DNA of 64,000 bases from a bacterium (GTDB lineage: Bacteria > UBA8248): positions 1 to 64,000 of the forward strand of contig CBDBZY010000058.1 of assembly GCA_965213685.1 (NCBI GenBank), in the 5' to 3' direction. How positions within the stretch are numbered: the stretch's first letter is position 1; every line of letters starts with the position of its first letter. Made by a program: the position numbers and the translations under genes. A model generated the notes under the pieces. It saw only the letters and a program-made list of their open reading frames with translations. It was not told the origin of the DNA and ran no database searches. This document shows, in pieces, positions 22,260 through 32,603 of this stretch.

Positions 22260-23249
22260 TCACTTCCATTCGACCAAGGCCGCACCCCAGGTGAGGCCTC
22301 CGCCGAAAGCGGCCATGAGCACGTTATCCCCGCTTCGGATTTTCCCTTCCCTCACCGCTTCATCCAGAGCGACCGGGATGGTGGCCGCGGACATATTGCC
22401 ATATTTGTTAATGGTGACGACCACCTTGTCCATGGACAATTTCAGGCGTTTCGCCACGGCTTCGATGATGCGCAGATTCGCCTGGTGCGGAATGAACACG
22501 TCCACGTCGTCCAGGCAGAGGCCGCTGCGCTCCAGCGTTTCATTGCACACGTTCGCGAAGTTGCGCACGGCCGTCTTGAACGTTTCCTGGCCCTTCATCT
22601 GCAGCAAGTGCTCCTTGTTCTGCACATCGCCCGGCGTCATGGGGGCGAACCGCGAACCGGAGCCGGGAACCAGGATGAGCTCCCCCTCCTTCCCGTCGCT
22701 GTAAATCTTGGAATCCATGACGCCCCTGCGCCCGTTTTCCGACGCTCCCACCACGACGGCGCCCGCCCCGTCGCCCCAGAGGACGCAAGTGCCCCTGTCC
22801 TCCCAGTTCGTCACCCGCGTCATCACGTCGGCGGAAACCAGGAGCACCCTTTTCATCACCCCTGCGCGAATGTAGGCGTCCGCCGCCTGGAGGCCGTAGA
22901 CGAAGCCCGAGCACGCCGCGTTCAAATCAAACGCCGCGGCCCGGCTCGCCCCGATATGGGACTGGAGCCAGCAGGCGGCGGCCGGGCACATGGTGTCCGG
23001 CGTGATGGTGGTCATGATGATGAGGTCGATGTCCTCGGCGTCCACGCCCGCGGCCTCCAGCGCCTGGCGCGAGGCGTGAACCGACAGGTGGGAGGTCGCC
23101 TCCTCGGGCTTCGCAAGGCGCCGCTCACGGATTCCCGTCCGCTCGCGAATCCACTGGTCGCTCGTGTCGACCATCTTTTCCAGATCGGCGTTCGAGAGAA
23201 CTCTTTCCGGGACGTAGGAACCTGTCCCCAGGATGACGGAGTGGGCCAC
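22260..23249 (-). CDS. fabH: 3-oxoacyl-ACP synthase III
   Basis: WIRERTGI, AACSGF, PHQANLRI, YGNMSAA, FGGGLTWG. Confidence 0.96.
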   Translation of the reverse strand: MAHSVILGTGSYVPERVLSNADLEKMVDTSDQWIRERTGIRERRLAKPEEATSHLSVHASRQALEAAGVDAEDIDLIIMTTITPDTMCPAAACWLQSHIGASRAAAFDLNAACSGFVYGLQAADAYIRAGVMKRVLLVSADVMTRVTNWEDRGTCVLWGDGAGAVVVGASENGRRGVMDSKIYSDGKEGELILVPGSGSRFAPMTPGDVQNKEHLLQMKGQETFKTAVRNFANVCNETLERSGLCLDDVDVFIPHQANLRIIEAVAKRLKLSMDKVVVTINKYGNMSAATIPVALDEAVREGKIRSGDNVLMAAFGGGLTWGAALVEWK

Positions 23250-23315
23250 AATGCGATTCCCTATGCGGGCGGGGGTGCTACCGAGTCGGATAGTATGCGA
23301 AAACCGGCCCGGATA

Positions 23316-24413
23316 TCAAGAGGGCTTCTTCTCCTCTTCCTCCTCCGTTACCCCCTCGTGGAAAATACCCGTGCGTATCTGGTTCCACAGCCTCCAGCCG
23401 ACGTCGGCGCTGCGCTGGATGGAAATGTGCCTGTCAATCTCTTTTTGCATCTTGGCGTTCAACTCCACCCGGACGATGTTCGCCGTCGTGCGGATGGCGT
23501 TTTTCACCGCCTTCGCGTTGCTCCGTCCGTGCCCGATTGTACAAATTCCACCCAGGCCCAGCAACGGCGCCGCCCCGTATTCGGAATAATCCGTTCTCTG
23601 GCGCATGGACTTCAGCCCGTTCTGCAAAAACATATACCCGATCTTGCTGCGGAGCGAATGGACGATTTGCTCCTTGAGCAGCGTCGTGAGCATTTCGCTG
23701 AGGCTCTCGCTCACCTTCAGGGCGACGTTGCCGGCGAACCCGTCGCACACGATCACGTCCGTGCCGCCCTGGAAGATGGTGCTGCCCTCCACGTTGCCCA
23801 CGAAGTTCAAATCGCTTTTCACAAAAATCTCGTGAACCGCCTTGAGCACGTCCGTTCCCTTGGAATCCTCGCCCCCCACGTTCAGCAAGCCCACGGTGGG
23901 GGCGGGCTTGCGGAGCACCTCCTCCGTATATACGGAGCCCATGACGCCAAACTGGAAGAGGTGCTGGGCCCGGGGGGTCAGGTTCGCCCCCACGTCCAGC
24001 ATCACGGAAAACCCCTTGAGGGTGGGAATCAGGGCGGCGATGGCGGGCCGCTGGACCCCTTGCATCCGCTGCAGCACCGCCAGACCCGTGGCGAAGGCGC
24101 CCCCGGTGTCGCCGGCGCTGAACACCGCCTGCACCTCCCCGCTCTTGACCAGCTGGAGGGCGACGCGCATGGATGAGTCGGGCTTGGATTTGACCGACTT
24201 GGTGGGCGACTCGCCCATCTCGATGACCTGGGTCGCCTCGCGAATCTCCAGAGGCTCGCCGAGCGCCCCCAAGCGCGCGAGTTCCGCTTCGATTTGCTCC
24301 GGGGCGCCCACCAGGATGGATTCGATGCCCTCCTCCCGGCAGGCTTCCACCGCCCCCTCCACAACAGCGGCGGGCGCGTTGTCTCCACCCATCGCATCTA
24401 TCGCTATTTTCAT
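23316..24413 (-). CDS. plsX: Phosphate acyltransferase PlsX
   Basis: IAIDAMGGDNAP, SAGDTG, RPAIA, LDVGAN, CDGFAGNVALK, YGAAPLLG, HGRS. Confidence 0.95.
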   Translation of the reverse strand: MKIAIDAMGGDNAPAAVVEGAVEACREEGIESILVGAPEQIEAELARLGALGEPLEIREATQVIEMGESPTKSVKSKPDSSMRVALQLVKSGEVQAVFSAGDTGGAFATGLAVLQRMQGVQRPAIAALIPTLKGFSVMLDVGANLTPRAQHLFQFGVMGSVYTEEVLRKPAPTVGLLNVGGEDSKGTDVLKAVHEIFVKSDLNFVGNVEGSTIFQGGTDVIVCDGFAGNVALKVSESLSEMLTTLLKEQIVHSLRSKIGYMFLQNGLKSMRQRTDYSEYGAAPLLGLGGICTIGHGRSNAKAVKNAIRTTANIVRVELNAKMQKEIDRHISIQRSADVGWRLWNQIRTGIFHEGVTEEEEEKKPS

Positions 24414-24434
24414 AACTTTTTTCCGGCGGCAGCC

Positions 24435-24614
24435 CTACTCTTTTACGTCCATTACCTTTTGCCCCTTGTAGTATCCGCAGACGCCGCATACCCGGTGGGG
24501 CAGCACCGGATTGCCACAGTTCGAGCAAACCGCAATCGATGGTTTCGCCGCTTTGTAGTGCGTTCTTCTTTTGCGGCCTCGCGTCTGCGAGTGCCGTCGT
24601 TTGGGAAGTCCCAC
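24435..24614 (-). CDS. rpmF: 50S ribosomal protein L32 (59 aa, zinc-ribbon type)
   Basis: Manual translation MGLPKRRHSQTRGRKRRTHYK..CSNCG..PHRVCGVCGYYKG; below ORF-track cutoff. Confidence 0.95.
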   Translation of the reverse strand: MGLPKRRHSQTRGRKRRTHYKAAKPSIAVCSNCGNPVLPHRVCGVCGYYKGQKVMDVKE

Positions 24615-24769
24615 GGGTGCCGCGCTCCTTTCCGGATGATGCGTCCAAAACGACCTTTTCTATTTCCCCACGCCCCGGCTCACGCCTCCGGCGCCTCATT
24701 CTCCAGAATGAATCGCCGCCATACTACCACAAATTTCAGACGCATCCTCCACCCCCCGCTCCACAAACC

Positions 24770-25327
24770 TCAAGAGCCCTCCCGCGCGGAGCCTCCGGGC
24801 TTCCAGTCCTGGAGCGGCGCCCACCTCGGGTCCGCCTCCGCCCCCGCGCCGACGGGCTTCCCCTCGTCGAGCTTCCGGCAGGTCTCGGGCGCCTCGCCCA
24901 GACACTTTTCCGGACACCTCGGCTGGATGGGAATCGCCAGTCCGATTTGATCGCGAACGGGCGCCGTGAGGTCCACCATCTCGTTTTCGATGCAGGCGAA
25001 CTCGAGCGCCCTTTCGTCCAGCTCGACTTCTCCCGCCGCACCGGAATCCTGAGGTGGACGAGAAAAGTAAACGCTCAGGGGCTCGCGGAACGGGAGAGGA
25101 AACTCCGCCAGCCCCAGGGCGCATTCGAGCAGGAGCCGGCCGCTCAGCCAACCCTCGAAGCGCACCTCGCCGGCGCCGGTTTTCTCGAGCCTCCCCGCCA
25201 GCTCCAGCCCGCAAGCCCTGTACCAGGTTTCCCCCGCCCCCGACAAATCATCCATCGTCAAGTCCAGATGGACGTCCAGCCCGTCATCCGGAATTCGGGA
25301 GAGCGGAAATTCCAGGGCTTTTCCCAT
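24770..25327 (-). CDS. yceD: DUF177/YceD family protein
   Basis: Position upstream of rpmF; VDLTAPVRDQI..IPIQPRC..C..DPRWAPL motif. Confidence 0.82.
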   Translation of the reverse strand: MGKALEFPLSRIPDDGLDVHLDLTMDDLSGAGETWYRACGLELAGRLEKTGAGEVRFEGWLSGRLLLECALGLAEFPLPFREPLSVYFSRPPQDSGAAGEVELDERALEFACIENEMVDLTAPVRDQIGLAIPIQPRCPEKCLGEAPETCRKLDEGKPVGAGAEADPRWAPLQDWKPGGSAREGS

Positions 25328-25416
25328 CTGTCGTTTCCCCGGAAGCGGCGCATCGCCGGACACATGCGCACGTCCCGTCCCATGCGCACCCGAGGCGAAG
25401 CGAGTCCAAACGAAAG

Positions 25417-25445
25417 AATATATGGGGGCGGCCAGATCGTGTCAA
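25417..25445 (-). promoter_or_regulatory. sigma70-type promoter for the yceD-rpmF-plsX-fab operon
   Basis: Minus strand TTGACA (25445-25440), 17 nt, TATATT (25422-25417). Confidence 0.65.
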
Positions 25446-25506
25446 ACAACAAAAGACAGGGAGCGGATTCGGGACGCCGCCCCATATTCCATGGAATGCG
25501 CGCGGG

Positions 25507-26460
25507 TCACGCGACCCCCCGCAGCAACTCCAGAAGCCGCCCCTCCCGAACGCCGCCGGTGGACACCCCGAACTCCCTCTTGCGCCCCCAGCGCAATATC
25601 GCGCGCACGACGATCAGGCCGGCGAGCGCCACGTCCTCGCGTCCCGCCTCGAAGCCGGGCAGCCCGCGCCTTTCCGCATGGGGCATCCGCGCGAATCGCC
25701 CGACCCATTCCTCAAAGAGGCGGGCCGGCAGCGAGAGGCCGTTCACCCCGCCGCCGGGCGGCGCGCCCCCCGTCAGAAACCACGCCAGCGCCACCACGCC
25801 GCCGCACCCGACGAAGGGGAGTTCCGCCAATTCCGCATCGCCGCAATCCACGCCCGCCAGCATCGCGTCCACCGCCTCCGCGCAAGCGTGCACCCGCGCG
25901 TCCGCCGTGGGCATCCGCCTCAGGTAGCGATCCGTCAGATAGACCACGCCGGCGGGAAGACTCGCCATCCGCCGCATTCCGCCGCCGGCGGCGAAGATGA
26001 GCTCCAGACTCCCCCCGCCAACGTCGAACACGAAGGCGCGCTCAGGCGCGGTCGCCTCCTGGCCGGCGAAAACGCCCGCCAGCGCCAGCCGCGCCTCCTC
26101 TTCCGCCGAAATGACGCGCATCGCGATGCCCAGTCGCGCGGTGCGCGCGATAAACGCGTCCGCGTTTTTCGCCTCACGCAGCGCACTCGTCGCGACGGCG
26201 TCGACGAGACGGACGCGGTGCGCCCGAATGATTTCCGAGAACCGCGAAAGACAGGCGAGCCCTCTCTCCATCGCACCCTCGGAGAGCAGCCCCGTCTCAT
26301 GCACTCCCTCGCCCAGGCGTATGAGTTCGCGCCAGCGGCCGCGCGGTGCCAGCCGCCCCGCCGCATCGAGCGTGGCAAGCGCCAAGCGGGCGGAGTTCGT
26401 GCCCAAGTCCACCACCGCGGCCAGCGGAGCGGAAGGGTCGCCGCGGGTCTCCTCAGGCAT
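25507..26460 (-). CDS. ppx: Ppx/GppA family phosphatase (short form)
   Basis: VDLGTNS, ATSALREAKN, EEEARL, DVGGGSLE, GVREG. Confidence 0.87.
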   Translation of the reverse strand: MPEETRGDPSAPLAAVVDLGTNSARLALATLDAAGRLAPRGRWRELIRLGEGVHETGLLSEGAMERGLACLSRFSEIIRAHRVRLVDAVATSALREAKNADAFIARTARLGIAMRVISAEEEARLALAGVFAGQEATAPERAFVFDVGGGSLELIFAAGGGMRRMASLPAGVVYLTDRYLRRMPTADARVHACAEAVDAMLAGVDCGDAELAELPFVGCGGVVALAWFLTGGAPPGGGVNGLSLPARLFEEWVGRFARMPHAERRGLPGFEAGREDVALAGLIVVRAILRWGRKREFGVSTGGVREGRLLELLRGVA

Positions 26461-26484
26461 GGGCCGGGCGGATTCGGGGTCTCG

Positions 26485-26994
26485 TCATGAATTTCGGAAG
26501 CGCTCCTTGTTCCTCATATAGGAGACGGCCGTGTTCTGGAAGCGCTCCCTTTCCCCGTCCGTGAGGTCGCGCACATATTTCGCGGGCGTTCCCAGCCAAA
26601 GGGTTCCCGGCTCGATCACCTTGTTCTCGGGGACGACGGCGCCCGCACCGACGACGGCACCCGCCCCCACCTGGACGTTGTTCAGCACGATGGCGCCCAT
26701 CGCGATGAGCGCGCCGTCTCCGACCCGGCACCCGTGCACGATGGCCATATGCCCCACCGAAACGTCATCGCCCAGAACGCAGTCGTATTTTCCGCCCTCG
26801 ATGTGGAGGATCGACCCGTCCTGTATGTTGGTGCGCCTGCCCACGCGGATGGGCATGTGATCCCCGCGCAAAACGCAGTTGTACCAAACGCTGCTCTCCT
26901 CGCCGATCTCCACGTCGCCGATGACGACGGCGGTCTCCGCCAGCCAGGCCGTTTCATGAACTTTGGGCAGGACCCCCTCGAAGGGAATCAACAT
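26485..26994 (-). CDS. Gamma carbonic anhydrase family (hexapeptide-repeat) protein
   Basis: VIGDVEIG..SVWYNCVLRGD..NIQDGSILH..VGHMAIVHGC. Confidence 0.9.
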   Translation of the reverse strand: MLIPFEGVLPKVHETAWLAETAVVIGDVEIGEESSVWYNCVLRGDHMPIRVGRRTNIQDGSILHIEGGKYDCVLGDDVSVGHMAIVHGCRVGDGALIAMGAIVLNNVQVGAGAVVGAGAVVPENKVIEPGTLWLGTPAKYVRDLTDGERERFQNTAVSYMRNKERFRNS

Positions 26995-27024
26995 GGGCGC
27001 GCTCTCCCTGGTTTCGTTTTCCGC

Positions 27025-28503
27025 TCACGAAGACTGCGATTCTCGCCCCTGCGCGGCACCGGACAACGGGCGGCGGGCCCCGCCGGGGGAGGAGGCGGAC
27101 TCCTTCGGCGGGGACAGGCTGTCCAGCATCGCGCGCCGCTCGTCCAAAACCCTCTGGAACGCCGGACGGAGCGCGCGGGGAAGCGGCATCCCCTTGGGAA
27201 GTTTCGCCTTCAGGGGGTCGAGGTATCGTCCCCGGCGGGTGATCCGGTAGTCGAGATGCGGCCCGGTGGACAGCCCGGTGGAGCCCACGTAGCCGATCAG
27301 CTGTCCCTGGACAACCTTTCGCCCCTTGCGAATCCCGCGCGCATATCGATACAGGTGGAGATAGGCGGTTCGGTAGCCCCCGCCATGGCGCAGCTTGACC
27401 ATCTTGCCGGCGGGGCCCTTGCGGCCCGCCCAGGTGACGACGCCGTCGGCCACCGCATGGACGGGCGTGCCCCGGGGAGCGGCGTAATCCACGCCGAGGT
27501 GGGGGCGGTAGCGCTTGAGCACGGGATGCAGGCGCCGCCTGGCGAAACGCGAGCTGACGCGCGTATAGCGTAGCGGAGAGCGCAAGAAGGCGCGCTTCAG
27601 GGATTCGCCCCGGAAGTTATAGTACCTGCCCCCTTTGTGGTCAAAATACACTGCGGCGTGGCGCATGCCCCGCACGGTGAGCTCGGCCGCCAGAATCTTT
27701 CCGTAGCCGACGAACTCATCGCCGAGATACCTGCGCTCCACCAACATTTTCAACTCGTCCCCGCTTTGCAAATCTTTGTGAAAATCCACGACGTACGCAA
27801 AAATGTCGCCCAGCCTGCCCGCGAGGACGGGCGCGCCTCCGCCGTCGGAGATCGCCCGATGCAGGGAGTGATCGATGCGGGACTGGATGCGGGCCACATC
27901 CACCACATAGGGAATCGGCTCCTCCTCCGCCTTCAGCCCGCCGCTCGGCGTTCGCGAGACCCGGAGCCTGCGCTCGCCGTTGAGGTGCAGAATGAATTCG
28001 TGAAACTCTTCCCCTCTTTTTTTCACCGCATATCGCCGGCCCGCCCGAACGCGCGAAAAAACGCGCCCCCCTTTACGGGTCGCCAGAATTCTCTGAATCT
28101 CGGAGTAGCGCAAGCCATGCGCGAGCAGCACGCCGATGACGGTATCCGTTCGCGAGAACTTGCCCGCGCGCACGGTGAGGGGGTCGCCTTTCGGCGGGCC
28201 GCCGCCTGGGGAGCGCCCCGGCGCATCGTCCTTCGATTCCCCGCGCCCCGGGTCTGCAGGCAGGCGGGCCATCTCCTCGACGCGCGCCGCTTTCTCGCGT
28301 GCGGCCACATCCTCGCGGACGGCCGGCCGCGCCGCGGATTTTTCAGGCGCAGCGGGAGGCGAATCCACGGGGGAGCGCCCCATGAGGAACGCGCCGACCG
28401 CGAGTGCCAGCAACGCGCCGACAACCCATATCCTCGCGGAATTGCCCCCGGCTTTCGGTTTGGGAGGAAATTGCGTGACGGGCCTTGCTCCCCTCCAGGC
28501 CAT
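27025..28503 (-). CDS. M23 family peptidoglycan DD-endopeptidase (MepM-like, membrane anchored)
   Basis: N-terminal TM; FLRSPL..SSRF..HPVL..HLGVDYAAP, YLHL, STGPHLDY (HxxxD and HxH zinc motifs). Confidence 0.9.
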   Translation of the reverse strand: MAWRGARPVTQFPPKPKAGGNSARIWVVGALLALAVGAFLMGRSPVDSPPAAPEKSAARPAVREDVAAREKAARVEEMARLPADPGRGESKDDAPGRSPGGGPPKGDPLTVRAGKFSRTDTVIGVLLAHGLRYSEIQRILATRKGGRVFSRVRAGRRYAVKKRGEEFHEFILHLNGERRLRVSRTPSGGLKAEEEPIPYVVDVARIQSRIDHSLHRAISDGGGAPVLAGRLGDIFAYVVDFHKDLQSGDELKMLVERRYLGDEFVGYGKILAAELTVRGMRHAAVYFDHKGGRYYNFRGESLKRAFLRSPLRYTRVSSRFARRRLHPVLKRYRPHLGVDYAAPRGTPVHAVADGVVTWAGRKGPAGKMVKLRHGGGYRTAYLHLYRYARGIRKGRKVVQGQLIGYVGSTGLSTGPHLDYRITRRGRYLDPLKAKLPKGMPLPRALRPAFQRVLDERRAMLDSLSPPKESASSPGGARRPLSGAAQGRESQSS

Positions 28504-28673
28504 CCAACAAAACCCCTTTTCCAGGCGGAGGCGGATGCTTTTCGGAAAAACGCGCGTCCCACACCGGAAACCCGATGCGGACGCCCTACTTGCGGGATGA
28601 TTCTAGCAGGAGTCAGGGATTTTTCCAACGAACGCCCCACGCGCCGTTTTCGTTGACGCGCAGCCCGCGCATC

Positions 28674-28718
28674 TCCCCGCATTTGCGAGACGAGCGCCCC
28701 GCCTCGTTTCCTTATATT
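28674..28718 (+). promoter_or_regulatory. Palindromic motif plus -10 box upstream of the phage-tail module
   Basis: CGCA-TT-TGCG at 28678-28687 and TATATT at 28713-28718 with no -35 at 17 nt; the same architecture recurs at 34701-34742. Confidence 0.45.
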
Positions 28719-28818
28719 CCAGGACCCCGGCCCCCTCTCCCGCGAGGCGGAGCGGCGGCCGGGGCCGACGGGAGCATCCGCGTCCTCCCAGCACGGGCGC
28801 GCCATCCGGGAGGGGGAA

Positions 28819-29899
28819 ATGGGGCATCGCTTCATGTATCAGAATCTCATTGGTGACGCGGCGGCCATCTCCGCCACTTCCGCGGAAAGCGGATTCGTCG
28901 GCGCGGGCGTGCCCCGCGTCGCCAACGGGGGCGGGTCGATGATCTTCTCGGGCGCCTACTCCGGAGACGGGCAGGAAGTCTATGCCGTGGAAATCGACAC
29001 CCCGGGCGACGTGGGGGACGCCCGCTTCAAATGGCGGAAGACGTCGACCCCCAAGGGCGGCTGGGAGGCCTGGAACGTGCCCACCGCCCCGACGGACGCC
29101 GCCCTGGATTCGGACGTGAAGGTTCGCTTCGTCAACGGGGCGCATCCGCCGGCGTTCGCCCTGGGGGATCGCTGGCAGGCGACGGCGAACCGCTTCCGCT
29201 CGCCCGGAAGAATCTACGACCTCGACCCCGGCTCCGGGGTGCGGAGCGCCTCGCCGCCCGAGGACGCCTGGGCACTTGGCGTGGATTTCGGCGCTGCGAA
29301 ATCGCCCGACGTCCTCATCGTCCACCAGCACAACTTCGCGCCGGGGACAAGACTCCGGATTCAGGCGAACGCCTCGGCGCACTGGGGTGCGCCCGCACTC
29401 GAGGAGGAGGTCGCCTGGCGGAGCGCCACCCTCGTCCACTACCTCGCCGCCACGCCCCGCTCGCATCGGCACTGGCGCCTTCTCTTGGAAGGCGGCGCCG
29501 CCAACCCGGACGGCTACCTGGAAGCGTCGGAAATCTATCTGGGCGGTTATTTTGAACCCGCCGACCATTTCTGGTTCAACAACGTGGTGGGAGAGGAATC
29601 TTTTGAGGAGTTCCGCGCGACGGAGAGCAGGGCGGAACGCCCGGTGCTCCTGAACCGGGGCCGCACGGCCACCCCTCCCCTATCAACACGTCTCCGACGA
29701 GCAGCGCGGCCGGTTTCTCGCCATGTACCAGGCGGTGAAGGACGTGGAAGCGAGGCGCGCCAAGCCCCTTTTCGTCCATCTGGACGTGGACGATCCCGCC
29801 TCGGTCATGCTCGCCGACCTCATGGGCGGCTTTCTGCCGCGCCAGCAGGGGCCGAACGACTTCTCCTTCGAGCTGGAGTTCAAGGAGAGACTCTCATGA
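28819..29899 (+). CDS. Phage distal-tail (Dit)-like structural protein, about 359 aa after removing one C at 29672-29675
   Basis: GGAGGGGG RBS; WRLLLE..NPDGYLEASEIYLGGYFEP resembles siphophage tail-tip proteins; corrected frame continues ..LPYQHVSDEQR..KPLFVHLD..FSFELEFKERLS* and ends in an ATGA overlap with the next gene. Confidence 0.6.
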
Positions 29900-30429
29900 G
29901 ACGCGCCACGGACAAGGCCATCGCGGACATCGCCAGGCATGAAGGCAAAACCGCGTTCGTCCTCTATCACCTGTCCACCGCCAGCGGGAAGCGCGTGTTT
30001 TGCGGGAAGCGGCCCCCCGACTCCCTGGTAGGGCAAGGGGGGCAAATCTATTTCCTCGACGGCGTCCGGCTCCTGGATGGCTCCCTCCTCCTCGGCGAGG
30101 GCGCGGAGACCCTCCTGGGCGTTCACGATTGGGTGAAGGATGGCGGCCGCTTCTCCCTCGGCGCGTTTCAGGGGCTCTCCGCTCTCGAAGCCTTTCGGGA
30201 GAAGGAATTGTCCGGCCTCACGATATCCATCCACAACGCCCCCGACGCGGACGGCCACGCGCGCATGAGCCGCATCCTCGCCACGGAGCCGATCGTGGGC
30301 GGGAGGATGGACGTCCGGGTGGGGTTTTCTGGACAAACCATATCCGACGTCCTCTCGCTGGCGAGCTTCACGGTACGCCGGGTCATCGAGCGCATCGACC
30401 TCGTCACGATAGAATGCGAGGGAAGCTAG
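29896..30429 (+). CDS. Phage tail hub-like protein (177 aa)
   Basis: ATGA coupling and GGAGAG RBS; YFLDGVRLLDGSLLLG motif seen in phage tail/baseplate proteins; beta-rich C-terminus; synteny. Confidence 0.55.
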   Translation: MRRATDKAIADIARHEGKTAFVLYHLSTASGKRVFCGKRPPDSLVGQGGQIYFLDGVRLLDGSLLLGEGAETLLGVHDWVKDGGRFSLGAFQGLSALEAFREKELSGLTISIHNAPDADGHARMSRILATEPIVGGRMDVRVGFSGQTISDVLSLASFTVRRVIERIDLVTIECEGS

Positions 30430-31641
30430 ATGGCCGACCTGACGAAAGACCGACTCTCGGATTCCTTTCCGATGGCGCGCGCCTCGCGATACAGCACCCC
30501 CGAATTCGAGGACGAAAGCCTCCCCATCGTCTATGGAGACGTAACCAGCCCGCCCCGCGCGCGGGCGGGAGTCTATGCGCCCCCGAAAATAGACGCCGCC
30601 GGCGCCGGCGTCTATTGCGTCGCCGGACACGAGATAGCGGGCGACGTCCGCCTGTTCGACGATGACGGCCGCATCGCGGAGGGCGACTACGCGCTGGACC
30701 TCGCCTCGAACTACCAGGGCAAGGGCGTCATCGCGACCGCCGCCTTCTCCGTTCCGCCAAACGGGCGCGTGACCGCCGTGTGCAAGGGCAAGAAGGACGC
30801 GGCGGGCACACTCATCGAAAACCCCGCCGGCATCGTCGAGGATCTGATGACCAGCGTCTGGGGGTTCAGCGAGCGGGACATCGACATGCAGTCCCTCGCG
30901 CGCGCAGCCGCCCGCGCGGACGCGCTGGGCTATCGGGGAGCCGGCATACTCATGGAGGACAGCGCGCCCGCCGACGTGCTCACGGCGCTACTGGGCGATT
31001 TTCTCGGCCGCTATGAAATCGACCCGTTCGGCCGCCTGGGGATTCGCATCGCCGGAGAGGAGTCCTTCGCCATTCTTCCCCAGAAGGTTCTGCCCCGCTT
31101 CCACGAATCGCGCGTCGAGGCGCACCTCGCGCGCGACACCGTCATCAACCAGGTGCCGACGCTTTATGCGCGGGACTACCTCGGCGGGCGGCACATGCGG
31201 CACGACGACGGGGAGGCCACCAAAAACGCATCCTCCCAAAGGCTCTACGGCGTCCGCAGACCCCCGCAAAGCCCGCTTCCGCTCGAGTGGGTGCGGCGAG
31301 AGAGCGTGGTCGCCAGGGTGCAGTCCCGCATCGTGGAGCGCTACCACCAGCCCACGCGGATGCTCACCATCGAGGACGTCACCCTCCGGGCGATCGAGGT
31401 CGAACCCGACGACTACGTGGCGTTCAGCGCGCCGTGGATGCGCTCGGAGAAGCTCGAACCCCTCGTCAATCAAATCGGGGAGGTGGTGGAGGTGCGCTGC
31501 GACCTCGACGAGCAAAGGATGGAACTCAAGATTCGGGACACCGGATTTTTCTTGACGTCCGCGTCTGGCCTCGCGGGTGCGCACACACTGAAAGGCGGTT
31601 GGCTTTTGGGCGCGGAGCGCGACGCCACCGCCTACGCATAG
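30430..31641 (+). CDS. Phage tail/baseplate hub (Tal/central fibre-like) protein, 403 aa
   Basis: LPIVYGD, IENPAGIVEDL, SQRLYGVR, IEVEPDDYV motifs typical of phage tail hub proteins; abuts previous stop codon. Confidence 0.6.
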   Translation: MADLTKDRLSDSFPMARASRYSTPEFEDESLPIVYGDVTSPPRARAGVYAPPKIDAAGAGVYCVAGHEIAGDVRLFDDDGRIAEGDYALDLASNYQGKGVIATAAFSVPPNGRVTAVCKGKKDAAGTLIENPAGIVEDLMTSVWGFSERDIDMQSLARAAARADALGYRGAGILMEDSAPADVLTALLGDFLGRYEIDPFGRLGIRIAGEESFAILPQKVLPRFHESRVEAHLARDTVINQVPTLYARDYLGGRHMRHDDGEATKNASSQRLYGVRRPPQSPLPLEWVRRESVVARVQSRIVERYHQPTRMLTIEDVTLRAIEVEPDDYVAFSAPWMRSEKLEPLVNQIGEVVEVRCDLDEQRMELKIRDTGFFLTSASGLAGAHTLKGGWLLGAERDATAYA

Positions 31642-31652
31642 GGGAGAACACG

Positions 31653-32594
31653 ATGTCCATCGGCGCCGACCTGTCCGCCCGCTACACAGAAGAGGCCGTC
31701 GGCGGCGGCCATCCGACGAAAGCCCGTGTCATCGACCGCCTCGCTCTCGCCGCCTTGTTCCAGGACGGAAAAATCAGGGCCCACAGGCAACCCGTCGAGT
31801 GCGCGGGCAGGCTCGACTACGTGAACGAGACCACCCTGGCATTCCGGCCGACGCTCCGCTCCGCCTATTGTCCCGCCGTCGCAAACCCCACCGCGGGGCG
31901 CCATGTGCCCTTCATCGACGGGGCGTCGGGCGACGTCTATTATGAGGATTTGCCCTGGGCGGGCATCACGATAACGAACGAGGGCCTCGCGGCAAACACC
32001 TCCTATTCCGTCTTCGTCCGCGACGATGGGCCGGTGCGCAGGCTCGAATTCCAGGCGGCGGCATCCTGGGCGTTCGACCCCGCCACCGGCCTGGCCCACA
32101 AGACGGGCGATAAGAGCCGCACCCTCGTCGGCATCGCCAGAACGAACAGCGCGTCGCGCTTCTCCCTCGCAAACAACGTGCTCGTCCGAAGCTTCTGGAA
32201 CAAGGCGGTATACGCCGCCGAATCCACCGGCCAGATCGCCACGACCAGGTCCACGACCTGGGCCTCCATCAACACGCAGGAGATATTGATGTGGCCGGGC
32301 CACGACGTCGTGCACCAGAAAGCGAGCGGGAACGGATGGGTGAGCTCGACGCAAACCCCGGGGCTGGTGGGCCTCGACATGGGCCTTCGGCTGTTCAACG
32401 GGACGGGGCAAGCGTATCCGGAAACCGAGATCATCGGGTCGTCAAGCAATGAGAAGGATAGTTTCGGGATGGCGAAAACGCAAATCTACTCGGGCGCGTT
32501 CGCCAGGGCGCACTCCACACTCGTCTTTCGCGTGAAGCGCACGGCCACCCTGAGCGTCGGGGACTATCTCTTCCAGAGCATCATCCTGATTTAG
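31653..32594 (+). CDS. Putative tail fibre / receptor-binding protein, 313 aa
   Basis: GGGGAG RBS; LAANTSYSVFV..LEF..KTGDKSRTLVGIART..SFWN module recalled from phage fibre proteins; Ser/Thr-rich beta C-terminal domain. Confidence 0.5.
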   Translation: MSIGADLSARYTEEAVGGGHPTKARVIDRLALAALFQDGKIRAHRQPVECAGRLDYVNETTLAFRPTLRSAYCPAVANPTAGRHVPFIDGASGDVYYEDLPWAGITITNEGLAANTSYSVFVRDDGPVRRLEFQAAASWAFDPATGLAHKTGDKSRTLVGIARTNSASRFSLANNVLVRSFWNKAVYAAESTGQIATTRSTTWASINTQEILMWPGHDVVHQKASGNGWVSSTQTPGLVGLDMGLRLFNGTGQAYPETEIIGSSSNEKDSFGMAKTQIYSGAFARAHSTLVFRVKRTATLSVGDYLFQSIILI

Positions 32595-32603
32595 GAGACC
32601 AAC

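Noticed and set aside
28819-30429. ORF-track 536-aa protein read as a single gene
   Set aside because: It is a chimera caused by an extra C near 29672: the segment after RGRTAT is low-complexity off-frame text, while the corrected frame ends at 29899 in an ATGA overlap with a separate RBS-bearing gene at 29896
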